64,000 nucleotides of DNA, taken from assembly GCA_964016885.1 (NCBI GenBank), contig OZ024742.1, positions 155,310,001 through 155,374,000 of the forward strand, given 5' to 3'. The notes under the pieces were generated by a model, which was given only the letters and a program-made list of their open reading frames with translations, did no database searches and had not been told where the DNA came from. The first letter of the stretch is position 1; every line of letters starts with the position of its first letter. Shown piece by piece: positions 26,025-39,813 of the stretch. This stretch comes from Eledone cirrhosa. Lineage: Eukaryota. The position numbers were made by a program, and so were the translations under genes.

Positions 26025-28552
26025 GTATTTGTATAGGTTGTTTTTCTCTCCATCTGAACACAGTCCTCTATGCTGATAAGACCTCTTCCACCCTCAGATC
26101 TCCTTAGGTAGAGTCTATCGACATCACTCCTCTTGTGGAACATGTTGTAGATAGTCAATAGCTTCCTAGTCTTCCTATCCATTTCATTCTGTTCAGCAAC
26201 ATTCCATCTCAGAATTCCCGCACTGTACCTAATAATAGACACAGCTCGGGAATTTACTGCGCTTATGGCATTTCTGCTGTTCAGATGTGACTTCAATACG
26301 CTCCTTACTCTCCGAATGTATTCAGTTCTTAACAATTCCTTCATTTTTTTGTTCTTTATGCCATCAGCCTCCAGAACGCCCAAATACTTGTATCCTTCCT
26401 CAGAGTCAATTTCCTTTATCATCTCACCTGTTGGTATCTGGATCCCGTTACTTCTGCTCAACCTACCCCTCTTCATCACAATGACTCCACATTTACCAAT
26501 ACCAAACTGCATACATATATCACTGCTGAAAATACGGACAGTGTCAACAAGCACATCCAACTCCTTCTCACTTTTCCCGAAGAGCTTAAGATCGTCCATG
26601 AAGAGGAGGTGATTGATGGTAAGCTCTCCTCTTCCCAACTTGTATCCTGCTCTCACTTTTCGCAGCATAATGGTCAAGGGCATCAGGGCAAGGACAAACA
26701 ACAGAGGGGACAGGCTATCTCCCTGGAAGATACCTCTCTTGATCTTCACGCTTCCCAAGGATACTCCAGTTGATGTCAACTCTGTCTCCCAGGACCCCTT
26801 ACTCCTGCCTAGCAACTGTCTGATGTTATCTGCCACCCTGAAGATCTCCAGGCTTTTGGTGATCCAGGAATGAGGCACCATGTCAAATGCCTTTCTGTAG
26901 TCTATCCATCCCATGGCAAGATCAGTGTGTCTCCTCCTGCAATTCCCCATTACCATCTTATCAATAAGCAACTGGTCCTTTGTACTACGTGACTTCTTTC
27001 GGCATCCTTTCTGTTCGTCCGGTAACAAGTTGTTTGTGTGGAGGTGATGGTAGATTTCCTCAGACACAATGCTCGTCAACAGTTTCCACATTACGGGCAG
27101 ACATGTGATAGGTCTATAGTTGGTAGCATCATTACCCTTGATTCGGTCTTTCATTATCAGAACTGTGGTACCTTTTGTCAACCACTCTGGCACCTCACCC
27201 GACACCAAGCAGTCATTGAACATGGCCGTCAGCTTCGGGTGGAGGGATGTTAGATGTTTAATCCAATACCCCTGCACACCATCTGGGCCTGGTGATTTCC
27301 AGTTGGTTAGTTTTTTGGCTTGCCCCTTAAGAGTTTCAACTGTGATACTCAAATCAGTCTGTTGCTGTGCCTGCTCACCGATCTCCCTCTGTACTGTCTC
27401 AATCCACCCTGCCTGGGCATTGTGTCTAACATCCTGCTCCCATATTCCTCTCCAGAATGTTTTAGTTTGCTCCGCCCCAGGGATCAAGTCGTTGCCTCTT
27501 TCTTTGCCCTCAAGCTGTCCAAACAACATCTTCTGGTTGTTGTCGAACATGCGGTTCTGTTTATACTGACTGACTCTGTTCTCGTATCGCCTGATTTTTG
27601 CACTCTTTGCTACAATGCGTTGCTTCAATTCCTCTATGATAATTAGCTTTTTACTCCTAGTTTTGTATTTTATTTCCAGTCTATTTTTAGTGCCTATGTT
27701 TTTTAGTGTCCCATTCAGTAGTGACTCAAGCTTTCCTATGTCATTTCTCATTTCCCCGATTTGCCCACTCAGTCGCTTCTTCCACCACGGCTCTGCTCTT
27801 TCTTGTCTGTTGTTTCCTCTCGCTTTTATACCAAGTAGTTTCCTCACCGTATTTGCTGTTGCTCTGAGGATATTGTTGCACTGGTGAAGGCTCCTTGCCT
27901 CAAGGTATGGGATGACTTTGTTTACCTTAGCTGTTGTTTCTTTTAACTTTTTCCTGTCTACAAATCTTAGGTTCATAGGTCTCCCACTATCATTGTTCAA
28001 TTCATCTACCACTAAATTTAGGATGTCAACCGAATCTTGTCCTAGCCCGTCAGCTTTCATCTCCTCAGTGGCCGCATCTCTGTTCCAGGTATTATTTATC
28101 TCAGTACTCAGATCATTGTCTGCTTCGGGTGGTTCCTCCGTTCTCAGGACCTCCTCACCTTCATTTCCCACCGGCTCGCTTGTCTGGCATACTACACCCG
28201 CCATCTCCAAGCCATTCTCTCTGCTCAGTTCCTCCAGTTCCAGCTCGCTTATCCACCCATTAGTTCTTATTACCCGAGCCTGCCCGGCCAATTTTTGTTC
28301 ATCCAATTTAAATAAACCAATCTCGTTCCAGATGTTATGCATCCGTCTCCTGTAGCCCCTCTCCTTGGGGTTACTTTTCAGGTAGCATTGCATAACAGTT
28401 CTATTCAATTCTTTCGTCCAGTTGGTTCTGGCCCCTTTCCTTCTTCTCCTTCCTCCAACATCAGCAGTATTTGGTTGACAGTCAGGTTCCTGCTGCTGAG
28501 CCAGGGGGCACCTGTTGGGTGAGAGTCTGTCACATGACGTTCTAGTCTCCAT
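26021..28552 (-). CDS. R4/Dong retrotransposon ORF, N-terminal + RT part (frameshifted at 3' end)
   Basis: 843-aa ORF with a complete set of non-LTR RT motifs. Confidence 0.9.
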   Translation of the reverse strand: METRTSCDRLSPNRCPLAQQQEPDCQPNTADVGGRRRRKGARTNWTKELNRTVMQCYLKSNPKERGYRRRMHNIWNEIGLFKLDEQKLAGQARVIRTNGWISELELEELSRENGLEMAGVVCQTSEPVGNEGEEVLRTEEPPEADNDLSTEINNTWNRDAATEEMKADGLGQDSVDILNLVVDELNNDSGRPMNLRFVDRKKLKETTAKVNKVIPYLEARSLHQCNNILRATANTVRKLLGIKARGNNRQERAEPWWKKRLSGQIGEMRNDIGKLESLLNGTLKNIGTKNRLEIKYKTRSKKLIIIEELKQRIVAKSAKIRRYENRVSQYKQNRMFDNNQKMLFGQLEGKERGNDLIPGAEQTKTFWRGIWEQDVRHNAQAGWIETVQREIGEQAQQQTDLSITVETLKGQAKKLTNWKSPGPDGVQGYWIKHLTSLHPKLTAMFNDCLVSGEVPEWLTKGTTVLIMKDRIKGNDATNYRPITCLPVMWKLLTSIVSEEIYHHLHTNNLLPDEQKGCRKKSRSTKDQLLIDKMVMGNCRRRHTDLAMGWIDYRKAFDMVPHSWITKSLEIFRVADNIRQLLGRSKGSWETELTSTGVSLGSVKIKRGIFQGDSLSPLLFVLALMPLTIMLRKVRAGYKLGRGELTINHLLFMDDLKLFGKSEKELDVLVDTVRIFSSDICMQFGIGKCGVIVMKRGRLSRSNGIQIPTGEMIKEIDSEEGYKYLGVLEADGIKNKKMKELLRTEYIRRVRSVLKSHLNSRNAISAVNSRAVSIIRYSAGILRWNVAEQNEMDRKTRKLLTIYNMFHKRSDVDRLYLRRSEGGRGLISIEDCVQMERKTTYTNT

Positions 28553-29498
28553 TTCACCGTTATTCGAACTGTTTATGTTCGATATTTAAACACTCTTATC
28601 GAGGATTGGCGAATGTATGTTTACATAGCCATCTGTGGATCCGCCATCCCACTTGGCCCTTGTGTGGCATTATCACCACGCTGTATACGAACACACATAA
28701 ACAAACAAACACACAGGCAGAAAGGGCCCCAGAAATGAATAAGCATATGTTTCATTGTAATGTAGTGTTCGAATGTCTGTATTATTATTATTATTATTAT
28801 TAGTAGTAGTATTATTATTATTATCGACATCGCCATCGTCACATTAACTCTATTGCTGAAATCATTAACATGACTGGTTTTTGAAATCTCCATGGTTTCC
28901 AAAATTTGCCCACGCCAGTAATAAAATGTATGCACACCAGTTTTAACTAACACATTATATCATATCATTGGAAAGACTAAAATAAAAATCAGAATTTACA
29001 AAACCAACTACACTATAACAGCTCAAACGTGGACATTAACAACAATAACATGACGATGATCTTAGAGACTTTAGCATTAGGCTGTTTTCAACCTAGTAAC
29101 AATAAAGCTCACCTAACAACCAAAGAGATATCCTGTTCATCTTTGTAATTCTATTAATCATCATCGTCATTATCGTGACCATCTCAAGCTTCAGACATCG
29201 ACTTTACCATTGTTCTTCAAAACTAGAACCATTATCACAAGTATTTAGTGATGTTGTTTTTTTCTGCCTCATAATTTTTTATTGAGGTCATACATAGTTC
29301 ATCCAAAACAAAATGTAAACAACACAGCATTCATAGATATTTTATGGTATAATATAATATAACTTAATATTACACAATATTATATAACATTGTATTTTAC
29401 TATTATAATACTATATACTATTATTGCATTTACGCAGTCCAGTGTTTAAGGAAATGTAGAAACTGGTCACAAATTGTAGTCAGGGGCATACGTATATG

Positions 29499-29640
<142 letters not shown>

Positions 29641-32600
29641 AGCGTATGCCTCTCTCCCTCTCTCTTTATAAGGATAGAACCACTTTGAAACTAGCTGTTG
29701 AAACTGCAACCGCTCAGTCGTTGGGTCCTGACTCTATCTATCTATCCATCTCTCTCCCTCTCCCTCTCTCTATTTCTCTCTCTCTCTCTCATACACATTC
29801 TCTCTCGCTCTCTCCTTCTCTCTAGGGGTATGTATATTTTACATAGACACATAACTGGTAACAAAGACTGATCTTTATTTTATAGAGATATTATTCATCG
29901 TTTGTGCAACTTGTTAAGTAAAACTCTGCAAATATTTTATTGAGGTTGGCTAGGTTCTCTCCAGAACTCGTCAATCTTTACACTATATAATCTGGCTTTC
30001 GATCATGGGCTCGACGACTAAATTGTCCACATTCAGTCTATCATATTGACCGTATCTAGCATACAGACACTTGCTTTATAATTTATTAATTTGTTATATA
30101 CCGGAATCCGATTAATTGATTTTACACTTTTTTTCTTGTACAAAATTTAAACAAAAATGATAATAATTAAATACGGTTTTGTACATTGGAATGAGATCGA
30201 TAACTGAGTCATTGAATAAACACTCCATGTAATGTGATGACAAATATAACACAATGATTAATGTGTACGGTCAACACACTCAAAGTGTAATGTGTTTGTT
30301 CAGTAAAGATGTCGAGTATTGCTTGAAATTACTGGCCCGCACATTTAGATTTTAACTGTTGAAAGATAATCTTTCTGCAAATGTTTAACAGAGGCACGTT
30401 TACCTTACGTGACCCGATATTTAAAGAAATCTAATGGTTAAATATTTAAAGCTTTCGCCTGCAATAAATTATATGTTATTGTATGCTTCCTAAGCTGTTT
30501 ATGAACTGTTTTTCTGTTAAATTTGAAATGCTTCCGACGTTTTAATTGCTCACTGTGACTTATGACATAAGTGAAAGTCCAAAATATCTAGTGAAGGTAA
30601 ACGTAGTCTCTATTCACGACTTCAGTTTTCTACATTATGTGGCCATAGCTTGGAGTTATTCTGAATATTTAAATATAAAATCAATTGTTCAGGCGTTTCA
30701 ATCACACAATATGTACTCCTAAACAAATACGATATCCTTTTTGTTAGCTCCGCCATACATCAGCACCCTACCAAGTTAATACGAATATTCATATCGTGTC
30801 GATTATAAAAGCATCAGAACCTTGACTATATGCGATAACTACTGCAGGACATGAGATGCTTTGCAGTATGAAAGAAAATAAACATCTATTGGAAACTGTA
30901 ACAAGCTGGGAATTGATTAAAATGAAGTTATTACATCAATGTCGGTTTTAAAACCTTGATTTGGAAGTGTCATAATGTTTGCTCACATGAAACGACATTA
31001 GACTTCATTTTGCAATATTTCACAATATGATTAATAACATATATATGTTATTCCTTTCAATTTTCATGAATAGTTTGTTTTATACTAGCCTCATATCAAA
31101 CTGTACACGAACGCCTTTAAGACTAGAAGTCCAAGCTTATAACAAATGTATACACGTTTAATTCTAGTTACCATCTTAATTGGCAGAATCTATTGAGCGA
31201 CACTTGTACTAAAGTTGAGTTTCTTTACAATAGAAAAGACGCTACGATAGGCTTTATCAACCCACTAACAGAAGCAACGTGCATTTATTTGTCTGTCTAT
31301 CTTTCTATATTTAAACTACAATGACAACAATAAAGACAACTATCGGACGTATCTGCGGTTGTTTATGCTGTGTTTTATGTAAATACACACACGCCCGCAC
31401 CCGCAACCACATACACTCACGCATGCACACACAAACACACACAGATACATACCCCCCCCCCCCCACACACATATATATATATATACGCGTCTACATACTG
31501 ATAGGCACTATAAAGACATTAATATATATATATATACGGCCAAGAGTCTAAATATTGTTTTAGTCATCTAGGTCTATGTTCATTTGGATTTGTGTTTGTT
31601 TTCTAAGTTGCCGCCTTCCTACTTATGATTGTTTTAAACGTACCAGGAAATGTCACCAGAATTTACAATTATTGCAATTTTCTTCGCCAACTTTAACATT
31701 TACGAGAAACAATCTATAACAACGGTATTTTCAGTAGAGGAGTGTGTCTCATCGGTGTAGCAATGCTGCTATTGTTCGTTTTCTTTTCTTCTTTTTTTTC
31801 AGACTAAGCAATAAAATCTTCAATATATGCGTCAGTTTAGGTCTTTCTGATCTCAAGGGATACACTCCAATTCGCATAGTAACAAAGAAAAAAAACATTT
31901 AAATCATCTGGGAGTTATGTCCGATTGTAATCGTACCAAAACAATTCTAATCAAGATAATTATGATGTAATATCATTAAATGGATTCCGATAAATATTTT
32001 CACTCAAAGGATATAACATTATAAAAATAAATCATTTACTAAACAAAACATTAAATGCAAAATGAAATTTAAAATAAACAAAATCATATCTTTGACTCCA
32101 GTCACGCCTATGTGCATAGGAACCTCATTTTTTGCTGATGCTAAGGAAGGAGACATCCGGTATATTATGTAAAGTGGTGTGTGAGAGGAAGCACATCCAG
32201 TAGGGGAATATTCTTCACACAAATGGACGAGCCAATTCTTCAGTTGTCTCAATTACACAAACAACCTATGAAGTTCGTGAGGCGATGAAATACGCATGAT
32301 ACAGTCTGTAATGTGGTTGGTGACAATTTCAGAATCAACCTGTAACGAAACTAGCATATTATGGGTCATGAAGACTCATATGTGTTTTCAAAGACATGAA
32401 AAATTCGCTAGTTTTGTTGCTTCGATAATATTCACTTGGTGCATCCTCTAGATTGCTGGAAAGTATTCAAATAAGATATGGCACCCAATTTGCCCGAGTG
32501 ATTAGCGGATCTGAGTGAGTGCTGCATTGCTATGTCTATATTCTAGTACAGAAAAAAGACGTCATTTTGCATACTATTCTGCCCGAACCACTATACTAAT

Positions 32601-32786
32601 ACATAATAATTGTTATATGTGATATTAATCACTACTATTGGCTTTGCAGTTAAGTGCTTAATTCGATGCAATTCCATCACCTAACTATATACATTTCATT
32701 GTTCTAAGATTAGTTTATGATGTATATATGTTATATAGATAAATTTCATGTCTGTATAATGCTAACATTTTAACATATTTAAAGAA

Positions 32787-33003
32787 GGTGGATCAGCAAA
32801 TTCAGTAGAGCATCGGGTTATATACCATTGTATTATATGTTCTGTTTCTTTATATTCTGTGTCTAACTCCCACCAATGTCAGCTCTGCCATCCATCCTTC
32901 CGGCATCGGTAAATTAAAATAACATTCAAATTCTGGGATTTATTTGATTCACTTTATCCTTCTCCAAAATTTGCTGGCCCTTTACCTGGATTAGAAATCA
33001 ATA
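32787..33003 (+). mobile_element. Decayed SINE
   Basis: ttctgtgtctaactcccaccaatgtcagctctgccatccatccttccggcatcggtaaattaa...atttgctggccc...ttagaaatcaat is a degenerate match to the SINE. Confidence 0.55.
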
Positions 33004-34044
33004 TTTAAATGTATTTCGGCTTCGTTGTGTACAGAGGAATCAGTAAGATTAATTTAGAAATATCAAAGAAAACGTGATGGATCTATTAGGACAGCGAGAG
33101 GGGAAACAACTCTGTTTAACACAAGTCGGCTTGTATGGCGTAAAAAATGTTTTGTCGTAATAGGCATAAACACCTATATTATATATCGTGGACGTTCTGG
33201 ACACATGAAAAGAAATCGTTGCTGTCTACAATATAAACAAAGATCAATGAATATTGTCATGAATGCATGTCAATACAACATTCTATGAAATATAACGTTT
33301 CAGGCCTTATTAATCTGCTGCTTACTTTGAGTTATTTCCAAAGAGAATATCTTATGAATCAGAACTTGAAAGAAAATTAATTACGAATTATCTAGACATG
33401 GTAGTTCTTACACATGGCGATGATATATGATTACTTCCAATAACATGCAGCTGCACACTGAATGAATTTCATGATGTAATAATGGATAGAGAAAAAAACT
33501 TAGTCTCAATTCTATTAGTTGTTGTTATGTTACTAGCAATTTATTTTTCTTTAAAGCGAGGGGAATATCTAAATTATCAGATGATATTCAGATAATAATT
33601 GGAATATATATGTGATTGTAAAGCATACTTCAAGTAACACACACACAGCTAAATACTGCTTTATACGTTGTTAATAATATGCAAATGTTTATCATGTAAT
33701 AAATAAACCATCAGGAATATATTCCTGCACCACATTTCAATTTCTTTAACACTAAAAAAATAATTGAAATTCACTCTAGTTCACTTTCCACTTATATAAA
33801 CACAAATTTAATGAATGTTTAGGTATACAATATCAATTTCAGTGGTCATCTGGAGTCTTTTTTATAAACAAGACTTGGCAGAGAAAGGAATAAGCTAGAG
33901 CTAGATATTTAACTGTTATAAAGTGGTATGTGCATGCACATACACCCACACACACGTACACTCTCACACGCATACATATATTTATAAATGTGAGCGACTT
34001 CCGTCCATCCGTCCATCTGCCTTTCCGTTAAACACTAGTGTTGA

Positions 34045-34142
34045 CTGAGGAAGGAAGGGGGGATGATCATCACGCACCAGATATGATTGAGGAAGGAAGA
34101 GGTGATGGCGTCACGCACTAGAGATAACTGAGAAAGTAAGGG
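34045..34142. repeat. Short tandem repeat, about 41-bp unit x2.3
   Basis: gactgaggaaggaaggg...tcacgcaccagatat / gattgaggaaggaagag...tcacgcactagagat / aactgagaaagtaaggg. Confidence 0.7.
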
Positions 34143-35020
34143 TATAAGTAGAAAATCGCTATGGCTCAAACATCATTTGTTGATTACTTTCGGATCTAGA
34201 AATGTCATTGTTCTATGTATCTTCATCCTATTTAAGCCATTTTAAAGATATTTCATAAGTATTTCTAGCCCGTTGATCTAAATATTCAGATCAATTATAT
34301 TTCAATGTTAAATTCAAATATATATTAGATTTAGTTCAAACGAACAAAATATTAGTTAACATATAAATTACGTGGTTCCGTCAATATCTCAATAAATGCC
34401 ACAGGAAGCTGCAGTATTTTGAAAAAAATAGAGTAAGTAAAGAATTTTAAAACGTATTTCGGTAAAAGCATAAAACATTCCTATTCACATATCTTTGCCA
34501 TTCATAACGTTAAATTCAGTCTGTTATTTAGTTTCACATAGCATTTCAGAAAATTAGATTACGTCATATTCTCAGAATTATGTGATAAATAATTTCATAG
34601 AAAATTGCTGGTTTATAAATTCCCTTTTCTCAGTTTAAAATTAGCCAATCGTATGTTATCTACTGAAGAATAACGAATTCCAGTTGTGTAACATACAATA
34701 TGACGTGGAAAATATCTTCCACATGAATACATTCGATTTAGGAAAAAGAAATTATTCATTGCTTTTGCAATGTTTGACAAATGCTCAAATAGACATTACA
34801 GCTGGCTCAATATTACGAGCTATCATTTTTAAATAATCCAACAGACGAATACAGAAACACATGGACAAACCTCCTTAGTAATTATTATTATACCCCTTCA
34901 AAAGAGGGATATATATATATCAAATATATAAGAACCGTAGAGCAAATATTTATTAAAATAACAGATTGAAGTTTAAGCAAAGAATCGCTTCTTTCGCCCT
35001 TACCGGGATCTTCTGAAACT

Positions 35021-35113
<93 letters not shown>

Positions 35114-35416
35114 ATGGAGGTGTGTTTTCCTAACAATCTTTTTTTTTTTATTTCTGCCACTATCCAGGGTCCTATATCTTATTATTTATTTTTCTTTTCT
35201 ATTTTCTAATGAAAGACAAGGGCCAGAAACGCTAAAACTCTTTTACTGCTATATCAAATGTAATACTAATAACATATTTCTCCATTGTGCTGTATCGTCC
35301 ACTTAGGTATTTCTGTTTTCATTTTGCATAGACACAGACACATGCAAACGCATGCACACACACACACACACACACAAAGTGTTCCGTGCGTACGTGTGTG
35401 TATGTTAAATCTACTG

Positions 35417-35468
<52 letters not shown>

Positions 35469-35469
35469 T

Positions 35470-35500
<31 letters not shown>

Positions 35501-35833
35501 AAGTGAGAGAGTTTGTGCGTGTTTAATGGTTTGTGATGTGTGACGTAAATGTTTCCGAGTTTGACTCGCATTCGTAGTGTAAGCTCAATAATACCCAACG
35601 TTGGTTTCTTAAGTAACACATTTTATTTCCTGTTGTTGCAGTCTATACCACTGGTGAAAACATGTTATAAGCCTAAATAGAATCTTCGGCCAAGAATGAA
35701 CCATGACATATCCAATCAACACTAGACCTAGACTTTATTTTCAAAAGCAAGATATTCCTTTGCTTTAACAATATATATTCTCTTCGTTATAACCGGTGGA
35801 GCATTTCCAACATCATATATATATATATTATTA

Positions 35834-35921
<88 letters not shown>

Positions 35922-36310
35922 TATATTTAGAGTTTAAACTCAAAGTCATTTACAATTAATTAGCTCAAAGAAAGAAGCATTTCTGAGCAGTGAAATACAA
36001 GTTAATATATATTAATATATGATAAACACATACGTGTTTGTATTGCAAAAGACCAAGTTAGCTAGAATGAAATAAACTAATTAAAATGAATACAATTTGT
36101 CTGTCTCGATATAAGTCAATAAAGACAAGCTTATATTGGCAAACGCCGTGATTCCTGGACAAATTTAAATTTCAAAATGCAAACCTGCTGCGTAGATGAA
36201 TTTGAACTTCGAAACCTAAATATGTTTCGCTACCTTCCTCTTTTGCAATACAAACACGTATCTGTTTATCATATATTAATATATATTAACTTGTATATAT
36301 ATATATATAT

Positions 36311-36341
<31 letters not shown>

Positions 36342-37522
36342 ATGTGTGTGTGTGTGTGTGCATGTATATGCATGTATGTATGTATGCATGCATGCATGTA
36401 TGTATGTATGTATGTATGTAAGTATGTATGTATATATATTGTTCACATGTATATATGTAAACATGCCAGAAAACAAGAATTCTGTAAATAAAAAAAATTG
36501 CTAAACACATCTAATCCTTTTTTAGGGCCTTCTTGGTTCCTCATTTTAACACTCCACAAGAAAACATGTACCTGATGGGCTCATATATCCATTCGCGCCT
36601 AGTAGCATTCTGAAATGGACGTACTGATGTATGCATATAATTAATGCGAGTGTTATTATTTCATTAATTAAGATATATAATATAATGTGCGCACTTATAC
36701 ATTGCACACATCGTAATAGATATATTAGTGAGCCACTCTACCCTCCAGAGGTAAGGCTAAGAACAGAGAAATATAGCTCTCTCTCTCTAACATGGATTTT
36801 ACGTTAAGACAAGTGAGAATGATGTCAGATGTGACCGTCTTTGTGGGTGTGTTATACATGCTAGAGATCTATGACAGTAAGTGGAGGGTGAGAAAATATG
36901 ATATGGGAGCGTGGCAGATGGCAGATGGCAAAGTAACGAGAGTATATGTTACGTGTGTAAACAAGTGTGGCGGAATTTGACATGTTGATGAGCTGGAGTG
37001 TAGGCGTTGATCCCCTATAGAATGGGTGGTCTTGAGATGATAAAAGCGGTATTAATGATTTATGACGTCTGTGTTAGCACATACGAGGTGTGAGATAATG
37101 AATGGCAGTGTGAGATGATTATAGTTGGAAAATCGTTCTGGTTGCAGAGTAATCTCCAATCTTCACACTTCTCTCGAGAATTTAAGTTTTCTAACATTGG
37201 TCCTCCCATAGCACTTTGCCTATTTGATGCACTTCTTCAACGAATCACTGCCACAAATTTCCCTGACCATCTTTAAAGTGTGGTTAACTTCCGTGTGTAT
37301 CACATATTCATATTAACGCATTGTTCTCTGTTGCACACTACATCCGAATCTTCTAATTGAGAGTGTTTGTCAAGGTTCACGTAGGCTCTATGGACCATGC
37401 ACATTATCATTACTCATTCACTCGGTTTCACACGCTTAATACACCTTACATTCGGAGTTAAAACATGTTTGTTATTAGCAGAGATTCTAGAACCCTACTT
37501 CCAGCATATTATTACTCATGCT

Positions 37523-37716
37523 GGCGAGTTGGATTGGCAGCATCGGTAGAGGGTCGGATGCCATGCTTTGAAGCACAGAGTTACGGCCCTTGCCATTCTG
37601 AGTTCAAATCCCGCGGAGGTTAACTTTGCCGTTCATCCTTACGTGGTCGATAAAATAAAGCACCAGTAATGCACTGGGTCATGTGCCATGCTGATCTTGT
37701 GCCAAAAGTAGAAACA
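37523..37716 (+). mobile_element. SINE, subfamily B, with 15-bp target-site duplication
   Basis: Full SINE flanked by attattactcatgct / attattactgatgct. Confidence 0.88.
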
Positions 37717-38302
37717 ATTATTACTGATGCTACCACACTTTCGTAGCCAATTCACGGGTGCAAACAACATCACCAACGTAAAATAACATTTCAACCACAT
37801 CCAGAGCGTATCCACAATCTGTATATCTTTATCAGACAAAGTCATTTTTTCTCAATTTGCTCATCTGTAATCCAACTATATCTCTAATGCCTCATTAGAT
37901 TTCACTCTATGCAACCACTGTCACTCACATAACCGCATATAGAAAAAGACCACTCTCCTTAGAGTATCAGATTCTTCTCCTTTTCCTACAAATTGAGAAC
38001 GTATATTTTCGATACGATTATATATAGGTCTTTCGATACTAGATTATTCGTTCATGTCTGGAGAGTGACTTTCACTCTCTGCTGTGTGAGGATATGGGTG
38101 TGTCTACTTGAGTACATATATGTATGTATATGTAATTATGAACTTGTGTATTTGTATATACATATTTCTAACTGACACTTTTTTTAAGTTGGCAAAAGGG
38201 AATGCGTGCTTACTCATACCCGCAGTCACATAAGGCCACACACATACACGTACACGCACAACCCCACACGCATGCATCTATATTACATACAGACACACAC
38301 GC

Positions 38303-38381
<79 letters not shown>

Positions 38382-39161
38382 GGGGGAGGGTGTATGTTGG
38401 TGTGCGTGTGTGTGTGTGTGTATGCATACATATATATATATATATACACGCACACATATATACATATATATAAACACACACATGTGCGTATGTACATATA
38501 TTTGATTATATGCAGGAGCTTGTGTATGAAAATCTGATTGTGAGCGTGTGCATATACGTGTGTTATGAGGAGTTTATATTTTTATATATATAAATGTATT
38601 TGCTTGCGGATAAATCTGTGTGCTTGTGTGTTTGTGCGCTGTGGGTTCTCTGGAAATATGTGCCTCAGAAAGTAAATACGCTATTGCTTTCGTATTCAAT
38701 TAAAATTAGAAAATGTTTATCGATCCCACCGTGGGATCTCAATAGCAGACGAAAAAGGAAAAAAAAGAAATGAAAGCCCAGACTAATTGGATGCTTGCTT
38801 CTTTCTACGTGATTTTTTTCATAGTTATCTACTTTATTATGTGAGCTCGATATTCAATGTTGATCTTTTACGTGACTTAAGAGGCGAGTTAACCTCTCGA
38901 CATCATATCTGCGCTGTCTGCTGCGCGCAAATGCAATGAAATCATATGCAAACTATTTATATATTGACTTATTCATTTATTCATTCATATGTTTAGTTAT
39001 TCGTTTCTCGATAGTTATATACATGTAATGATGAGAGCCGAACTACTTTTGGAGTGATTTAGAATATTGAATTTTCAGCAATTCGGTTCCTCGTTCCAAA
39101 CCTAGAACGGGTATGAATTCTTATCTTATATTGGTACATTTTGCACACGAAGGAAATATGT

Positions 39162-39198
<37 letters not shown>

Positions 39199-39449
39199 AT
39201 AAATTAACGGAGGCATAGGCCGTCGTTATTCCCTGTTAATAATGTGCTCAAAGGAGAAGAGATCCTGAGCCCTTTAGAATATAATATGTTGAGAAGGTAA
39301 CACACCAGAGAGAGATATATAGTGCGTTATCAATAATACAGGGAAAAAACCACCAGTGTATGGAATCTATAACCTATGAAAGGCAGACTATAGGCACGAT
39401 AATTAAAAATATAAATTAAAGCGTAAATAAATACCTCTATAACTATATA

Positions 39450-39528
39450 ACACACGTACAAATCCAGAGATATGTTTCACCAGAGAATTTGTTGAAAGAA
39501 ATGTTAGTCTCGGTTCATCAGCGTGTGT
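39450..39528 (-). ncRNA. Type I hammerhead ribozyme (inverted copy)
   Basis: Exact reverse complement of 39814-39892. Confidence 0.82.
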
Positions 39529-39813
39529 AAGGCTATACATTTCAGACAACACTAAGAGAATTTTACAATTGACTGTCCAGCTACACGTGGGAGAGAGAAG
39601 TCACAGCGTGTTTAAGGGCAGTGAACCAGTGGCCTCTGAGAGACGAACTGCTAGAAAGGGCAGCCCAAAGCCACTCAGAGAAGAGTGCTCAACCAAACAA
39701 AGATAGGAAAGGCTGGTTCACTGCCCTTAAATACGCTGTGACTTCTCTCTCCCACGTGTAGCTGGACAGTCAATTGTAAAATTCTCTTAGTGTTGTCTGA
39801 AATGTATAGCCTT

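Larger units (their letters stand above)
25087..28778 (-). mobile_element. Near full-length R4/Dong-type non-LTR retrotransposon, family A
   Basis: Single ORF broken by one 2-bp insertion near 26045. N-terminal domain RTNWTKELNRTVMQCY; RT motifs WKSPGPDGV, YRPITCL, GIFQGDSLSP, LLFMDD; CCHC knuckle CRICGEREETVAHIVSEC; RLE motif RPDLVVVD...DVAC...EK. 5' UTR about 230 bp. (TAA)n on both sides. Confidence 0.93.

Noticed and set aside
26265-28522. Plus-strand ORFs of 60-150 aa overlapping the Dong elements (also 56053-58727)
   Set aside because: Antisense shadows of the retrotransposon ORF, with no independent motifs.
31830-32480. Possible decayed transposase or host exon on the minus strand
   Set aside because: No recognisable motif or supported splice structure could be identified by eye.
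35200-35240. CTAATGA...GAAACGCTA hammerhead-like string
   Set aside because: Core G5 is mutated, stem II is unpaired and stem I is only T/A runs.
36565-36630. gtac-CTGATGG...GAAATGGAC-gtac
   Set aside because: Non-canonical core, no NUH triplet or stem III.
39630-39712. Spacer of the large IR with CTGAGA...GAAA-gggcagccc
   Set aside because: Hairpin-rich, but core spacing and cleavage triplet do not fit a hammerhead.
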